From the NCBI GenBank assembly GCA_943357895.1, contig CALRGO010000002.1, forward strand, positions 25,926 to 89,925: 64,000 nucleotides of DNA. Reading direction: 5' to 3'. Below, piece by piece: positions 17,845 to 27,201 of the stretch. The notes under the pieces are model-generated. The model made no database searches. It worked only from the letters and a program-made list of their open reading frames with translations, and was not told the DNA's origin. The first letter of the stretch is position 1. Each line of letters starts with the position of its first letter. The DNA comes from Parcubacteria group bacterium (GTDB taxonomy: Bacteria > Patescibacteriota > Minisyncoccia > UBA6257 > UBA11618). Made by a program: the position numbers and the translations under genes.

Positions 17845-18507
17845 TTAGGCGTTTTCCGTGCGCCATTTTTCTATTTCTTTGTGGTGGCCGGAGACGAGGA
17901 CTTCGGGGACTTTCCATTCTTTTGTTTTCGTTGGTTTGAATATTTCGGGGCGAGTGTAGGCCTTGTATGAGCCTTTTATGCTTTCAAGGGATTCGATTTT
18001 ACCGAGTACTTCTGGCACGAAGCGGCTTACGGCCTCAATTACCGTCATTGCGGGTAGTTCCCCACCCATTAAGACAAAGTCACCCATCGAAATTTCTTCG
18101 TCTGCGATATGTTCCGCTACGCGTTCGTCTACACCTTCGTACCGGCCGCAGATAAAGACGATGTTTTTATACTGCGCCAAGCGCTCGGCTTCTGCGCCGC
18201 TAAACTGTTTGCCGCGGGTTGAAAATAATATAATACGAGTATCTTTTTTTGCCGTGCCCTTAGTCACGGCTTTCACGGCTTTGTAAATTGGCTCTATGCC
18301 GAGAACCATCCCCGGCCCCCCGCCATAGGGAATACCGTCTACCTTGCGGTGAATCCCCTCACCCCATAGGCGTAGGTCGTGAGCTTGCACGCTAATTTTC
18401 CCCGCCTCCTTCGCGCGCTTTAAAAGCGAGTGGTCGCTATAGGACCCCGCGCCGAAGAGTTCGGGAAAAATGGTGATGATGTGGAAATTTATTTTGGGAG
18501 AATTCAT
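17845..18507 (-). CDS. trmD: tRNA (guanine37-N1)-methyltransferase
   Basis: FHIITIFPELF N-terminus, SPOUT fold motifs; 220 aa. Confidence 0.9.
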   Translation of the reverse strand: MNSPKINFHIITIFPELFGAGSYSDHSLLKRAKEAGKISVQAHDLRLWGEGIHRKVDGIPYGGGPGMVLGIEPIYKAVKAVTKGTAKKDTRIILFSTRGKQFSGAEAERLAQYKNIVFICGRYEGVDERVAEHIADEEISMGDFVLMGGELPAMTVIEAVSRFVPEVLGKIESLESIKGSYKAYTRPEIFKPTKTKEWKVPEVLVSGHHKEIEKWRTENA

Positions 18508-18530
18508 AATGACATTTAGATGTGAAAGTT

Positions 18531-18625
18531 TGATTTAAAAGTTATCCCGAGTTTTGGCGAGGCTAAAACTTTTCAATCATGTCCGGAGGGAAGCGAAGCG
18601 ACGAGGACGATTCCAATATTTTAAA
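18531..18625. repeat. repeat element R2 (second copy of the element embedded in the tRNA remnant), occupying the usual rimM position
   Basis: Shares tgatttaaaagttatcccgag, gagggaagc, agcgacgaggacgattcc (18 nt exact), ttttaaaa with reverse complement of 15833-15935. Confidence 0.45.
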
Positions 18626-18626
18626 A

Positions 18627-18663
18627 GAAAAACCGCGTGAGGGATATCCTTACGCGGCTTTTC
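18627..18663 (-). terminator. intrinsic terminator after KH-domain gene
   Basis: Minus strand: 10-bp stem ccgcgtaagg/ccctcacgcgg with G-U pair then T5. Confidence 0.55.
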
Positions 18664-18683
18664 AAATAACGTTACGGGAGATT

Positions 18684-19028
18684 CTAGAAACCGTCTGTTT
18701 GCGTTTCCGCGTGCTGTTCCGGCTCTACGTGCTGTTCGCCCTGTCCTACCTGCGGTGTCATGCCACGGGTCGAGCCTTCGGGCTCTTCGATCTTTAGGTT
18801 TACGCGGGCGTTGTTCTTGATGCCGACGATTCTAAGGAGTGAGCGGATGGATTTTGCCGTAGCACCCTGCCGGCCGACGACGTGGCCCATGTCCTTCTGG
18901 TTAACCTTCAGCGAAAGCAAAACGCCCATTTCGTCGATCTTCCTTTCGACTTTTACGTCTTCGGGAGTGTCGACAATAGACTTAACGAGGTATTCGAGAA
19001 ATTCTTGGTCTGCGAATCGTTCTGCCAT
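18684..19028 (-). CDS. KH-domain RNA-binding protein (KhpA/YlqC family)
   Basis: VGRQGATAKSIRSLL GXXG KH motif; located after rpsP as in rpsP-khpA-rimM-trmD operons. Confidence 0.8.
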   Translation of the reverse strand: MAERFADQEFLEYLVKSIVDTPEDVKVERKIDEMGVLLSLKVNQKDMGHVVGRQGATAKSIRSLLRIVGIKNNARVNLKIEEPEGSTRGMTPQVGQGEQHVEPEQHAETQTDGF

Positions 19029-19032
19029 ATTT

Positions 19033-19269
19033 TTAGATTACCACGCCAGCTTTTTTAAGCAAGGCGCTTACCGTGTCTGTGGGCTGGGCACCCATTTTAA
19101 CCCAATGCGTGACGCGCGTGCCGTTAAACTGTGACTTTTTCGTGTGCGGGTTGTACCAGCCTAAGTCTTCGACTTGGCTGCCGTTTAACTTATCGCGCTT
19201 TTCGCCGACGATAAGGCGGTACATCGCCTGATGCTTCTTACCGATGCGTTGGAGTTTTATGGCTAACAT
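19033..19269 (-). CDS. rpsP: 30S ribosomal protein S16
   Basis: MLAIKLQRIGKKHQAMYRLIV canonical S16. Confidence 0.9.
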   Translation of the reverse strand: MLAIKLQRIGKKHQAMYRLIVGEKRDKLNGSQVEDLGWYNPHTKKSQFNGTRVTHWVKMGAQPTDTVSALLKKAGVVI

Positions 19270-19283
19270 GTGAGTCTATAATA

Positions 19284-20015
19284 CTACACAGACTTCTTTT
19301 TTTCAAGTGCTTCGAGTGCCTTCTTTGCGGCATCTACTTCTGCCTCTTGCTTTGAGTAGCCAACGCCTTCGGCTACGAACTCGTTTTCGAAGTAGACGCT
19401 TACCTTGAATACCTTGTTATGCTCCGGCCCCGTTTCGCTTATTACGCGGTAGCTCGGCGTCATTTTTTTACTTGCCTGCGTCATTTCCTGCAGGGTGCTC
19501 TTGGGGTCGCGGTGGCTACCATTTTTCATAATCTCGTGCAGATTATTCATAACGAAGTTCGCTACGAAGGTGCGCGCCGCCGTAAGGCCGCCGTCTAAAT
19601 ATAATGCGCCTATCAGCGCCTCCATGGCGTTTGCGATAATCACTTCGCGGGCGCGGCCCGTGTCTTTGGCTTCGCCGCGGGAGAGGAGTACGGACTTTTC
19701 GAGCGCGATATCGTTACCCGCCTTCGCGAGCAACTGGTAATTCACGAGCGCGGCGCGAAGTGATGTGAGCTTACCTTCGTCTTCGTCGGGGAAGCGGTTA
19801 TATAATTCCTCGGTTACCGTAAGTTCGAGTACCGCGTCGCCTAAAAATTCCAGCCGTTCGTTGTGCGGCGTTTCCCACGCGGGGTTTTCGTTGCGGTATG
19901 AGCGGTGCGTTAAAGCCTCCTTTATAAGGGCTTTGGTAGTAAAAGAATAATTGATTGTTTTTTCGAGGCTTGCGCTATTCACTTTTGGGTTGTTCTGCGG
20001 CGGGCGTTTCCCCAT
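19284..20015 (-). CDS. rnc: ribonuclease III
   Basis: [13 protein letters not shown] RNase III signature, C-terminal dsRBD; start may be GTG at 19982 to avoid 41-nt overlap with nusB. Confidence 0.9.
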   Translation of the reverse strand: MGKRPPQNNPKVNSASLEKTINYSFTTKALIKEALTHRSYRNENPAWETPHNERLEFLGDAVLELTVTEELYNRFPDEDEGKLTSLRAALVNYQLLAKAGNDIALEKSVLLSRGEAKDTGRAREVIIANAMEALIGALYLDGGLTAARTFVANFVMNNLHEIMKNGSHRDPKSTLQEMTQASKKMTPSYRVISETGPEHNKVFKVSVYFENEFVAEGVGYSKQEAEVDAAKKALEALEKKKSV

Positions 20016-20436
20016 TAACCGCTTCGAGTTCTTTGAAGATAGTCCCCAAAACGCCGTTGATAAATTTACCGGAGTTTGGGCCGCCGTAGTTTTTAACTAT
20101 TTCGATGGCTTCGTTGATGGCGACCTTGGGTGGCACTTCTTCAGGGTTTGCGTAGAGCAGTTCGTAGAGGCCAATGCGCAGGGCGTTGCGGTCGATTATC
20201 GCGATGCGTTCCAAGGGCCATTCGGGGGCTGCCTTTGTGATAACGGCATCAATCGCCTCTATATGTTTTTTTACGCCTTCGGCAATTTTACGCGCAAATT
20301 CGGGCTCGTCGATCCCCGGGGCAAATTCCTCGAGGTTGCGGTCGACGATCTTTTCTAAGTCGTCCTTCTGCCCAAAAAAATCCCATTCATAGAGGGACTG
20401 GAGTACTACGGAGCGCGCTAATTGCCGAGTTGCCAT
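19975..20436 (-). CDS. nusB: transcription antitermination factor NusB
   Basis: Start set at [20 protein letters not shown] (canonical NusB N-terminus); upstream ORF extension to 20700 is non-homologous and overlaps rpmF. Confidence 0.8.
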   Translation of the reverse strand: MATRQLARSVVLQSLYEWDFFGQKDDLEKIVDRNLEEFAPGIDEPEFARKIAEGVKKHIEAIDAVITKAAPEWPLERIAIIDRNALRIGLYELLYANPEEVPPKVAINEAIEIVKNYGGPNSGKFINGVLGTIFKELEAVNGETPAAEQPKSE

Positions 20437-20449
20437 ATGAAGGCAGTAT

Positions 20450-20620
20450 AGAACCCATCTCAAAAATAGTCTAGGAAGACATCCACGCCGCTTTCGGTTA
20501 TTTCCGGCTGCGAATCGCGATTTTCTCCTCGGAATACCTCGGTATTCCTCGTCGAAAAATCCCGTTTCTCGCTCGTAAATACCACGAAACCGCCTGCGGC
20601 CTATTTTTGAGATGGGTTCT
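20450..20620. repeat. MITE-like element: 20-bp perfect terminal inverted repeats flanking 131 bp, immediately 3' of rpmF
   Basis: agaacccatctcaaaaatag (20450-20469) is the exact reverse complement of 20601-20620; internal palindrome ggaatacctcggtattcc (20532-20549); 13-bp direct repeat accgcctgcggcc at 20589 and 20735. Confidence 0.5.
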
Positions 20621-20621
20621 G

Positions 20622-20789
20622 CTACTTCTTGCGGGAAGGGTACGTGCCGCACTGGGCGCACGCTTTGTGGGGAACAATCGGGCCTTTGCATTTTGCGCAT
20701 GCCGCCATGTTCGTTTTCTTCATGGCTAAGTGGGACCGCCTGCGGCCTACTTTGCCCTTGCTGTGATGCTTTACTGGTACGCCTCCCAT
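20622..20789 (-). CDS. rpmF: 50S ribosomal protein L32
   Basis: Unlisted 55-aa minus-strand [58 protein letters not shown]; basic N-terminus plus CxxC...CxxC zinc ribbon typical of L32. Confidence 0.65.
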   Translation of the reverse strand: MGGVPVKHHSKGKVGRRRSHLAMKKTNMAACAKCKGPIVPHKACAQCGTYPSRKK

Positions 20790-20811
20790 GTCTTCTGGAT
20801 TTAAGATTAAG

Positions 20812-21393
20812 TTAAGTAGCCTTTAGTATGACAAGATTCTTGATAAACGTCAAACGGTGCAGGGGGCATGGGCCGTGGCGCTTAAGCGCCTTTATATGGA
20901 CTGCCGTGCCGTAGCCCTTATTCTCTTTAAAATTATAGGCTGGATGGCGCTTATGCATGCGCTCCATGTAGGCATCGCGCGCGACTTTAGCAAGGATTGA
21001 GGCGAGAGCGATGGCGGGGATTTTCTCGTCCCCTTTTATTATTGCCTTCTGTGGGATGGTTTTTGGGAGCTTTATTCCCGCGTCGAGCAGGGCGGGGGTA
21101 TTGGAATTACCGGTTACTTTTCTATATGCGCGATACGCGGTACGGTTTGCGGCTGCCGAGATATTTATTGCGTCTATGGTCGCAGGCGCTCCGCGTGCGA
21201 CGGCGTATTTTATTTCTTTGCGGGTTTTGATCCATGCGCACCATGCCCCACGTTGCTTCTCGGTAAGCTTTTTGGAGTCACGCAGTGGCAGGCCGGAGCT
21301 TTTAAGATCGACGTTGTCTGGCAGCGCAACGCAAGCCACGACTACCGGCCCTGCAAGCGGCCCGCGCCCCACTTCGTCTATGCCGATTATCAT
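20812..21393 (-). CDS. rnhB: ribonuclease HII
   Basis: MIIGIDEVGRGPLAGPVV canonical RNase HII N-terminus. Confidence 0.9.
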   Translation of the reverse strand: MIIGIDEVGRGPLAGPVVVACVALPDNVDLKSSGLPLRDSKKLTEKQRGAWCAWIKTRKEIKYAVARGAPATIDAINISAAANRTAYRAYRKVTGNSNTPALLDAGIKLPKTIPQKAIIKGDEKIPAIALASILAKVARDAYMERMHKRHPAYNFKENKGYGTAVHIKALKRHGPCPLHRLTFIKNLVILKAT

Positions 21394-21425
21394 AGGGCGA
21401 CTATAGCATAGTCCGGATTAATTTA

Positions 21426-21455
21426 TTGACTTATTACCATTAATAATGGTATTAT
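21426..21455 (+). promoter_or_regulatory. candidate sigma70-type promoter with operator-like palindromes
   Basis: TTGACT-N18-TATTAT 65 nt upstream of ORF 21520; spacer contains palindrome ccatta-a-taatgg; flanked by 11-bp inverted repeat ccggattaatt / aattaatccga (21411-21421, 21466-21476). Confidence 0.35.
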
Positions 21456-21519
21456 ATAATCAGCAATTAATCCGAATTTCTCGGAAAAATCTTCCATAAA
21501 CCCCTAGCGAGGAATCAAT

Positions 21520-21948
21520 ATGGCCGCCACAATCCCAATGCAAAAAGACAACTTGGCATCGCTACCTGAGCTCACTCCTTTACCTGTTCCATTCAACGGA
21601 AATCTAGTTAGGTACATATGTTTTCCATTAGACTTAGGAAGAGAAAAAAATACGCGAACGGTGTGTCATGTGCTAACGCGAAGGCTGGATAAGGTTGGTG
21701 TAATGGATACTGATAAGACCGAAAATGCCATCCTATTCGGCTCTGATGAGCCTAGCGACTATTTTGTTCAAGTCTCGTCATATGCTCTTAGTGAGGCTGA
21801 AAAAACGCATCCGAATCCGGAAAGCGTCGTTTTTCAAATCCATCATGGCAAGCAGTTAGGAAAGTACTACCCTCCGTTTTTTCAAAAAATTCTTTTGGTG
21901 GTTGATGCGGAGGGAGTTACACATCTTACTAATCTTGCGGCTTGGTAA
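21520..21948 (+). CDS. hypothetical protein
   Basis: 142 aa ORF preceded by candidate promoter; no recognisable domain. Confidence 0.45.
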   Translation: MAATIPMQKDNLASLPELTPLPVPFNGNLVRYICFPLDLGREKNTRTVCHVLTRRLDKVGVMDTDKTENAILFGSDEPSDYFVQVSSYALSEAEKTHPNPESVVFQIHHGKQLGKYYPPFFQKILLVVDAEGVTHLTNLAAW

Positions 21949-22031
21949 TCTGAGATTGGATGCAGAAAATGAATAGCCCGCCGGATGAAAGTCTGGCGGT
22001 TTTTTTATTCTTCCCGCATACTTTTATCGAT

Positions 22032-25000
22032 ATGAAATTCGTCCACCTGCATACCCATAGCCATTATTCTTTGCTCGATGGTTTAGCGAAGCCCACGGAG
22101 CTTGTTGCGCGGGCGAAAGAGTTGGGAATGGAGGCGTTGGCGCTTACCGACCACGGCAACTTATACGGCGCAATCGAGTTTTACCAGCTGGCGAAGAAGG
22201 CGGGCATAAAGCCCATTTTGGGTGTGGAAGCATATATTTGCCCGCGGACGCGCTTTGACAAGGCGCACGGCGCGGACGACAAGAGTTATCACTTAACACT
22301 CCTCGTCGAAAATAAAACGGGCTGGCATAACTTAATGAAGCTCGTCACGAAAGCGAACCTCGAAGGATTTTACTATAAGCCGCGTATGGACCGTGAGTTA
22401 CTTCGTATGCACCACGAGGGGCTCATTGCCCTTTCTGGCTGTGCATCAGGCGAATTAATACGCACTATTTTAAAAAGCGGCATGGTAGCCGCTGAACAAG
22501 TGGTGCGCGACTACGAAGAAATCTTCGGCAAAGGCAATTACTTTTTAGAAATTGGGCACCACCCTAATTTTTCGCCTAAGGATCATGCGGTCGTAAAGCC
22601 TGCGCTCATCGAGCTTTCTAAAAAATTTGGCATACCGCTCGTTGCTACGCAAGATATTCATTATTTAAAAAAGGAGGACGCACAGTACCACGATATACTG
22701 CTCGCGGTCGGTACCGGTAACCGTATAACGGATGAAAAGCGGTTAACGCTGAAGGCCGACGACTTTTCGATGCGTAGTCCCGAAGAAATGGCCGAGTGTT
22801 TTGCCGATTTACCAGAAGCACTTGCGCAGACGGTAGTTATTGCCGAGCGGTGTAATATAGAGCTCACGCTTGGTAAGAGCATTTTACCCGTATTCCCTTT
22901 ACCAGAAGGCGAAACAGATAATTCGTACCTTATGCGGCTTGTGCATGAGCGCACAGCCGGCCGCTACCCTGAAAAAACGAAGGAAGTTGAAGATCGTATT
23001 GCCTATGAGCTTTCCGTCATCGCCGGTACGGGCTACGCTGGCTACTTTCTTATCGTGCAGGATTTTATTAACTGGGCGAAAGATCGCGGTATTGTCGTCG
23101 GCCCTGGCAGAGGCTCCGCTGCCGGCAGTATCACCGCCTATATATTAGGAATCACAAACGTTGATCCCCTGCCTTTCAACTTACTCTTCGAGCGTTTCCT
23201 TAACCCCGACCGTATACAGATGCCGGACATTGACGTGGACATCGCCGACTCCCGCCGCGGGGAAGTCTTGGGCTACTTGAAGGAAAAGTACGGCGACGAC
23301 CGCGTTGCTAACATCATTACGTTCGGTACCATGGCCGCGCGCGCTGCGGTGCGCGACGTTGGGCGCGCTTTGGGTGCTGATTATTCGCTGTGCGACAAGC
23401 TTGCGAAGCTGATCCCTATGAAGGTTGGGCAAGAATTGGCCGCCGCGCTCGAAACCACGGAAGACTTGCGGTCGTTCATCGCGAGCGACCCCATGGCGAA
23501 GCGCATCATAGACGCCGCCGGCCACTTAGAAGGCGTTGCGCGGCACGCTTCGGTGCATGCATGTGGCACCGTGGTAGCCCCTGGTACGCTTTCTGATTAT
23601 CTCCCCTTGCAGTACGCACCGCAGGACCCGTCTACCATCGTCACGCAGTTTGAAATGCATGCCGTTGAATCCTTGGGTATTTTAAAGATGGATATTTTAG
23701 GTTTAAAAAACCTTAGTATTCTTGAAGAGGCAATCCGTTTAGTACGCGAAGCCGGCAAGGGCGAAATCGACGCGAACCATTTGCCGCAGGGCGATGAAAA
23801 AACGTATGCGATGTTGCGGGAGGGCGATACGACGGGCGTCTTCCAGTTCGAATCCGCCGGTATGCGTCGCTATATGAAGCTCTTGAAGCCTAATCAGCTC
23901 GAAGACTTGGTGGCGCTTGTGGCTTTATACCGCCCCGGCCCTATGGAATCTATTCCGTCTTTCATCGACCGCAAGCACGGCAAGGAAAAAATAAAATATT
24001 TGCACCCCAAGCTTGAGCCGATCTTGCGACCAACCTACGGCATTGGCGTGTACCAAGAGCAAATGATGCAAATCGCCCGCGACCTTGCGGGCTACACGCT
24101 GGCCGAAGCCGATACCTTACGTAAGGCTATTGGTAAAAAGATACAATCACTCCTCGACGAGCAGCGCGAAAAGATTATTAAGGGTATGGTTGCGCGCGAT
24201 ATCCCTATGGACGTTGCTAAAGAGATTTGGGAGTTATTTCCCTCGTTTGCCCGCTATGGCTTCAACAAGAGCCACGCTGTGTGCTATGCCGTGATTGGCT
24301 ACCAAACGGCATACCTGAAGGCTAACTATCCGGTTGAGCTTATGACAGCGCTTTTGAATGCCGATGCGGGCGATACCGAGCGTATGACATTCCTTGTTGC
24401 CGAATGCGCGAAGATGGGTATAAAAGTACTACCGCCCGATATAAACAAAAGTGCGGTTCATTTTGCTCCAGAAGAGCAAAATATCCGCTTCGGGTTGCTC
24501 GCTATCAAAAATGTGGGCGCAAATATTGTGGATGCGCTTGTTGCGGAACGGAACGCGGGCGGCCCCTTCGCGACACTTGCGGAGCTTTTGTATCGTGTGC
24601 ACCACAAGGATTTGAATAAGAAGTCACTCGAAAGCCTTATGAAGGCAGGCGCCTTGGATTCGCTCGGTACGAACCGATCCACCCTCATCGGCAACCTCGA
24701 GGAAATTATTAAATTCAGTTCGCTCGTGAAGAAGTCTAAAAACGAATCGCAGGCGGGGCTCTTCGGCGGCGCGGTTATTTCCGCAAACGCACTTAAATTA
24801 ACGCCAATGCCTGAAATCCCTTCCGCTGAACAGCTACAGTGGGAAAAGGAATTAATTGGGTTTTATATATCAAGTCATCCGCTTGAGGCGTACAAGGAAA
24901 AACTTATTGCGATAAAGGCACGGCCGATAAAAGAAGCGTTGCTGGTAAAAGCGGTGAAAGAGGAAGTGATAGTAGGTGGGCTTGTTGCTGCGGTGCGGAA

Positions 25001-25202
25001 AATTATGACCAAAACAAATAAGCCGATGATGTTTGTTACGCTCGAAGACATGGGTGGCACGCTCGACGTTATTGTATTCCCGAAGACTTTAGAGAAAGGT
25101 GAAGAACCGTGGCAGGTTGGTGCTGTTATCGCTATCTTAGGCCACATGTCATGGCGCGACGATGAACCGAGCTTGATAGCAGAGGGTGCTCGCATCCTTT
25201 AA
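22032..25202 (+). CDS. dnaE: DNA polymerase III alpha subunit (compact form)
   Basis: PHP domain start MKFVHLHTHSHYSLLDG, polymerase core, HhH and OB-fold; 1056 aa from internal Met (ORF opens at 21960). Confidence 0.9.
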   Translation: MKFVHLHTHSHYSLLDGLAKPTELVARAKELGMEALALTDHGNLYGAIEFYQLAKKAGIKPILGVEAYICPRTRFDKAHGADDKSYHLTLLVENKTGWHNLMKLVTKANLEGFYYKPRMDRELLRMHHEGLIALSGCASGELIRTILKSGMVAAEQVVRDYEEIFGKGNYFLEIGHHPNFSPKDHAVVKPALIELSKKFGIPLVATQDIHYLKKEDAQYHDILLAVGTGNRITDEKRLTLKADDFSMRSPEEMAECFADLPEALAQTVVIAERCNIELTLGKSILPVFPLPEGETDNSYLMRLVHERTAGRYPEKTKEVEDRIAYELSVIAGTGYAGYFLIVQDFINWAKDRGIVVGPGRGSAAGSITAYILGITNVDPLPFNLLFERFLNPDRIQMPDIDVDIADSRRGEVLGYLKEKYGDDRVANIITFGTMAARAAVRDVGRALGADYSLCDKLAKLIPMKVGQELAAALETTEDLRSFIASDPMAKRIIDAAGHLEGVARHASVHACGTVVAPGTLSDYLPLQYAPQDPSTIVTQFEMHAVESLGILKMDILGLKNLSILEEAIRLVREAGKGEIDANHLPQGDEKTYAMLREGDTTGVFQFESAGMRRYMKLLKPNQLEDLVALVALYRPGPMESIPSFIDRKHGKEKIKYLHPKLEPILRPTYGIGVYQEQMMQIARDLAGYTLAEADTLRKAIGKKIQSLLDEQREKIIKGMVARDIPMDVAKEIWELFPSFARYGFNKSHAVCYAVIGYQTAYLKANYPVELMTALLNADAGDTERMTFLVAECAKMGIKVLPPDINKSAVHFAPEEQNIRFGLLAIKNVGANIVDALVAERNAGGPFATLAELLYRVHHKDLNKKSLESLMKAGALDSLGTNRSTLIGNLEEIIKFSSLVKKSKNESQAGLFGGAVISANALKLTPMPEIPSAEQLQWEKELIGFYISSHPLEAYKEKLIAIKARPIKEALLVKAVKEEVIVGGLVAAVRKIMTKTNKPMMFVTLEDMGGTLDVIVFPKTLEKGEEPWQVGAVIAILGHMSWRDDEPSLIAEGARIL

Positions 25203-25209
25203 TTCTATA

Positions 25210-25250
25210 AAAAAAGAACGCCCGTGCCGGCTAACCGGTTACGGGCGTTT
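25210..25250 (-). terminator. hairpin terminator between dnaE and GNAT gene (functional on minus strand)
   Basis: 9-bp stem aacgcccgt/acgggcgtt; minus strand followed by T-rich tcttttttt. Confidence 0.45.
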
Positions 25251-25863
25251 AAGGAAATGACTTGATTATTCCTTTTCCATCTTTCTTTATGCGGATTGTT
25301 CCCCTTTTAAATCCCCAAGGTGGAGGATATTCAAAAGTGTAGAACGTTGCTGCTGGTTCGCCATATTCTTCGTAAAATTCATGCATTTCCGTTACCACGA
25401 AGCCGATTTTTTTGGATGCGAGAAATAAATGCATGTCTTTATCTTTGTCGCTTACATCAAAGCACAGGCTTTTATTCCATTCCTCCAAAGCTTTTGAAAA
25501 TAGCCGATGCATGAGGCGCATTCCATATCCCTGCCTTCGGTAATCCTTATCGATTTGGAATAGATGAATATATGCTCGGTTGTTTTTTTCCGCAAATGCC
25601 ATTATGCATCCTCTAATAGCATTATCTTCTTCGATGACGAGGCCATAATGGCGATCATCACGCATCCATTCGCGGAATGCATCATATTCATAATTCCAAT
25701 CAGGCCGAGGATTTTGGCTCATAAGGCGCATGATGTGCGGTATGTCACCATAATCCCATTCTCGTATGTTTTTTATAGATTCTTTTTTGCGTAACCATGA
25801 GAACATATAAAACCTCTTTCTTTTTTCGTATTTTTTTGAAAAGTACTCGTTGCAAAGGACCAT
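25249..25863 (-). CDS. GNAT family N-acetyltransferase
   Basis: Acetyl-CoA binding motif A RRQGYGMRLMHRLF; start may be at internal Met (25806). Confidence 0.7.
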   Translation of the reverse strand: MVLCNEYFSKKYEKRKRFYMFSWLRKKESIKNIREWDYGDIPHIMRLMSQNPRPDWNYEYDAFREWMRDDRHYGLVIEEDNAIRGCIMAFAEKNNRAYIHLFQIDKDYRRQGYGMRLMHRLFSKALEEWNKSLCFDVSDKDKDMHLFLASKKIGFVVTEMHEFYEEYGEPAATFYTFEYPPPWGFKRGTIRIKKDGKGIIKSFP

Positions 25864-25941
25864 CCCCTGCCATATTTCGGATAGTACTCTCTCTTTTTAC
25901 GGTTTGCCAGTGCCACGTTTTTCGTTTATCTTTTCATTACT

Positions 25942-27147
25942 ATGGAAGAACCTGAAAAGAAGCATCGTGATCACCGTGAATTAGGGCAGTTGCTTGATTT
26001 ATTTTCGTTCCACGACATCGCCCCCGGCGCTGCTTTTTGGCACCCCAACGGCATGACTATTTTTCGCGTACTTGAATCTGCCGCGCGCCAGATGAACGAC
26101 CGCGCGGGCTATAAAGAAATCTCGACGCCTATTATGGTGAAGAGCGACGTATTTAAAAAATCCGGTCACTGGGAACATTACCGCAAGAACATGTTCCACT
26201 TTGTGAACCCAACGGACGAAAACGAAGAGTTGGCAATAAAGCCGATGAACTGCCCCGAATCGACGTACGTGTTTAACGCTTCGACCCGCAGTTATCGTGA
26301 CATGCCTTTGCGGTTCGCTGAATTGGGGCGCTTACACCGTAACGAGCTTTCGGGAACGTTAGGTGGGCTCTTCCGCGTGCGGCAGATGACGATGGATGAC
26401 GCGCACGTATATTGCCGCCCCGACCAAGTAGAGACGGAGATTCGGCATATCGTGGACCTCACGATGCGTTTTTACGCCGTGTTCGGCTTCAAGCCGACGT
26501 GCGTCTTGGCAACCCGCCCCGAGAAGTTTATGGGCGATGCGGCCGATTGGGATAAGGCCGAGGCGGCTTTGAAGAGCGCCCTTGCGGCAAGCGGTATGGA
26601 ATATGAATTACAAGAAGGCGAAGGCGCCTTCTACGGCCCGAAGATCGAGTTCCACTTGCGTGACTCGCAGGACCGCGATTGGCAGATGGGTACGGCTCAG
26701 CTGGACCTCGTAATGCTTCCTAAACAGTTTGAGACGCAGTACGTGGACGAAAGCGGCGAAAAGAAAATGCCATGGGTGATCCACCGCGCCATATTCGGCA
26801 CCTTTGAGCGCTTCATCGGCATGATGCTCGAGCACACGGATGGCACGCTCCCCGTTTGGCTCGCGCCCGTACAAGCAACAGTGCTTTATGTGAACGACAG
26901 TCAGCGTGCCTATGCAGAGGAAGTGGTTGCAGCGCTCGTAGCGGCCGGCGTGCGTGCAGAACTAGATACGCAAAACGCCACCTTAGGTAAAAAAATCCGC
27001 GCAGCGGAAGTGCTGCGCATCCCCGTGATAGCCGTAATAGGCGAAAAGGAAGTCGCTGCCCGTACCGTAAGCGTACGCAACGACGTAAAGCCGTTCGATG
27101 TCTTCATCGCGGATACTGCTAAAGCGGCGAAGATTCCGATTATTTAG
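25942..27147 (+). CDS. thrS: threonine--tRNA ligase, N-terminally truncated (catalytic + anticodon-binding domains only)
   Basis: Begins at the HRDHRELGQLLDLF motif, which lies ~residue 240 of full-length ThrRS; class II motifs and C-terminal anticodon-binding domain present; no TGS or editing domain encoded upstream. Confidence 0.8.
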   Translation: MEEPEKKHRDHRELGQLLDLFSFHDIAPGAAFWHPNGMTIFRVLESAARQMNDRAGYKEISTPIMVKSDVFKKSGHWEHYRKNMFHFVNPTDENEELAIKPMNCPESTYVFNASTRSYRDMPLRFAELGRLHRNELSGTLGGLFRVRQMTMDDAHVYCRPDQVETEIRHIVDLTMRFYAVFGFKPTCVLATRPEKFMGDAADWDKAEAALKSALAASGMEYELQEGEGAFYGPKIEFHLRDSQDRDWQMGTAQLDLVMLPKQFETQYVDESGEKKMPWVIHRAIFGTFERFIGMMLEHTDGTLPVWLAPVQATVLYVNDSQRAYAEEVVAALVAAGVRAELDTQNATLGKKIRAAEVLRIPVIAVIGEKEVAARTVSVRNDVKPFDVFIADTAKAAKIPII

Positions 27148-27157
27148 TAATAGTAAA

Positions 27158-27191
27158 TAAAAAAACTAAGGAGCTCTTCCTTAGTTTTTTT
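27158..27191. terminator. bidirectional intrinsic terminator between thrS and gatB
   Basis: A8-ctaagga-gctct-tccttag-T7. Confidence 0.65.
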
Positions 27192-27201
27192 ATTCCTTTT
27201 T

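Noticed and set aside
19975-20700. 241-aa ORF containing NusB with an 88-aa N-terminal extension
   Set aside because: The extension is non-homologous, overlaps rpmF on the same strand in another frame, and canonical NusB starts at MATRQLARS (20436).
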